From: an uncultured bacterium
GTDB lineage: Bacteria > T1Sed10-126
Direction: 5' to 3'
DNA: 16,121 bases
NCBI GenBank assembly: GCA_964566495.1
Contig: CAZMIT010000034.1
Location: forward strand, 1 to 16,121
Both the position numbers and the translations under genes were made by a program. Positions 15,084 through 16,121 of the stretch are shown here, piece by piece (within the stretch, counting starts at the first letter, position 1; each line of letters opens with the position of its first letter). The notes under the pieces are model-generated. The model worked only from the letters and a program-made list of their open reading frames with translations, did not search any database and had not been told where the DNA came from.

Positions 15084-15926
15084 TTGACGTTAAATGGTTT
15101 TGAGTTGACTGCGATATTATTTGCTTTTGGTTTGACGACGCTGGCCGGGCTTTCCACCGGAATTGGTGGATTTATGGCCTTTTTTACCAAGCATACAAAC
15201 AAGAAATTTTTAACGGCGGCGCTGGGGTTTGCCGCCGGAGTGATGATTTACATTTCATTTGTTGAACTGCTGGCCGACGAGGCTTTTGACATGGCGCCCA
15301 GCAAGCTGGTCGCCGTGGCGGCTTTCTTTGGCGGCATTTTACTGGCGATTATTGTTGACAACCTGATCCCGGAGTTTGACAATCCGCACGAGTTGCATAC
15401 GGTTGAGGAAGTGGAGGAATTTATTGAAGAGACCAAAGACGAGTCCTCGCCAATTCACGACGCCGGTGAGCTGCACCGGACGGGAATATTTTCTGCGCTG
15501 GCAATATTTTTGCACAATTTTCCCGAGGGACTGATTACGTTTCTGGCGGCGCTCTATGACCCTTTACTGGGGATTACTATTGCCATAGCAATAGCGATTC
15601 ATAACATACCGGAGGGGATCGCCGTATCTATGCCCTTGTATTACGCTTCCGGCAGCCGCAAAAAGGGATTGCTCTATTCGTTTCTGGCCGGCTGTGCAGA
15701 ACCTATCGGGGCTTTTGTTGGTTTCTGGCTTTTGCTGCCCTTCTTAAGTGGTCCCGAGGACCCGGCCTTTGGAATTGTTTTTGGAGCAGTGGCCGGTATA
15801 ATGGTCTACGTGGCATTGGATGAGCTGTTGCCGGCGGCCGAGAAATACGGCGAGCATCATCTTTCGATTTACAGTCTCATTTTAGGGATGTTTATAATGG
15901 CCGTGAGTTTACTTATGTTGGGGTAA
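15084..15926 (+). CDS. zupT: ZIP-family zinc/divalent metal transporter
   Basis: Motifs AFGLT-x-LAGLSTGIG, LGFAAGVMIYISFVE, HNFPEG, HNIPEGIAV, AEPIGA and AGIMVYVALDELLP-x-A. AAGGAG (15070-15075) is correctly spaced for TTG 15084 rather than GTG 15075. Confidence 0.92.
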   Translation: MTLNGFELTAILFAFGLTTLAGLSTGIGGFMAFFTKHTNKKFLTAALGFAAGVMIYISFVELLADEAFDMAPSKLVAVAAFFGGILLAIIVDNLIPEFDNPHELHTVEEVEEFIEETKDESSPIHDAGELHRTGIFSALAIFLHNFPEGLITFLAALYDPLLGITIAIAIAIHNIPEGIAVSMPLYYASGSRKKGLLYSFLAGCAEPIGAFVGFWLLLPFLSGPEDPAFGIVFGAVAGIMVYVALDELLPAAEKYGEHHLSIYSLILGMFIMAVSLLMLG

Positions 15927-15930
15927 GGGT

Positions 15931-16121
15931 TTATTTAAACTTTTCCTTCATAGCGTTAATTCCCTTGTTTGGACCAACCAGGACGAGCGTATCCTCTTCT
16001 TCAGGGGAGTCGTCTGCCCGGGGAGAGATGTTGATTTGTCCATCTGAGGATTTTATTGCCAGCACGTTGACCCCGTAACGGGAGCGCAGGTCAAGTTCTT
16101 TCAGACTTTTGGCAGCCATTT
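15931..16121 (-). CDS. TrkA/KtrA-family K+ uptake regulatory subunit, C-terminal RCK-C part (truncated by the window edge)
   Basis: KSLKELDLRSRYGVNVLAIK...NISPRADD...DTLVLVG is a TrkA-C signature. Confidence 0.85.
   Translation of the reverse strand, partial: MAAKSLKELDLRSRYGVNVLAIKSSDGQINISPRADDSPEEEDTLVLVGPNKGINAMKEKFK

Noticed and set aside
39..15436. Numerous antisense or alternate-frame ORFs in the track (e.g. 39-359, 3420-3809, 5990-6367, 7923-8336, 12822-13121, 13903-14235)
   Set aside because: They are shadows of well-supported genes, with no motifs or RBSs.

Overview
Bacterial chromosomal window, mostly ordinary metabolic and transport genes. In order: PQQ-type beta-propeller (partial), membrane protein with a C-terminal DUF1566/Lcl-type domain, a DUF523/DUF1722 + macrodomain + PD-(D/E)XK nuclease run, a K+ channel with RCK domains, a RAYT-type Y1 HUH transposase, an AmmeMemoRadiSam-type radical SAM + fused spermidine synthase + hypothetical + DsbD_2-like operon, a nitroreductase-thiol peroxidase fusion, zupT, and a partial TrkA/KtrA. 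The most notable structure is non-coding. The transposase (6931-7797) is bracketed by 29-bp inverted repeats (28/29 identical, no target duplication seen). Its right end recurs as two identical 47-bp solo copies at 13230 and 15023, in direct orientation, at boundaries between gene modules. This suggests a HUH-transposase end family that may capture or delimit cargo (inference). Right after the first solo copy is a near-consensus sigma70 promoter followed by a highly structured ~240-nt region that includes a perfect four-way junction. A REP/REPIN-like element with heptamer-repeat arms sits inside the radical SAM operon, and the DUF1566 C-terminus has the codon pattern of a DGR variable region. 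All family assignments come from motif recognition by eye; no database searches were run.
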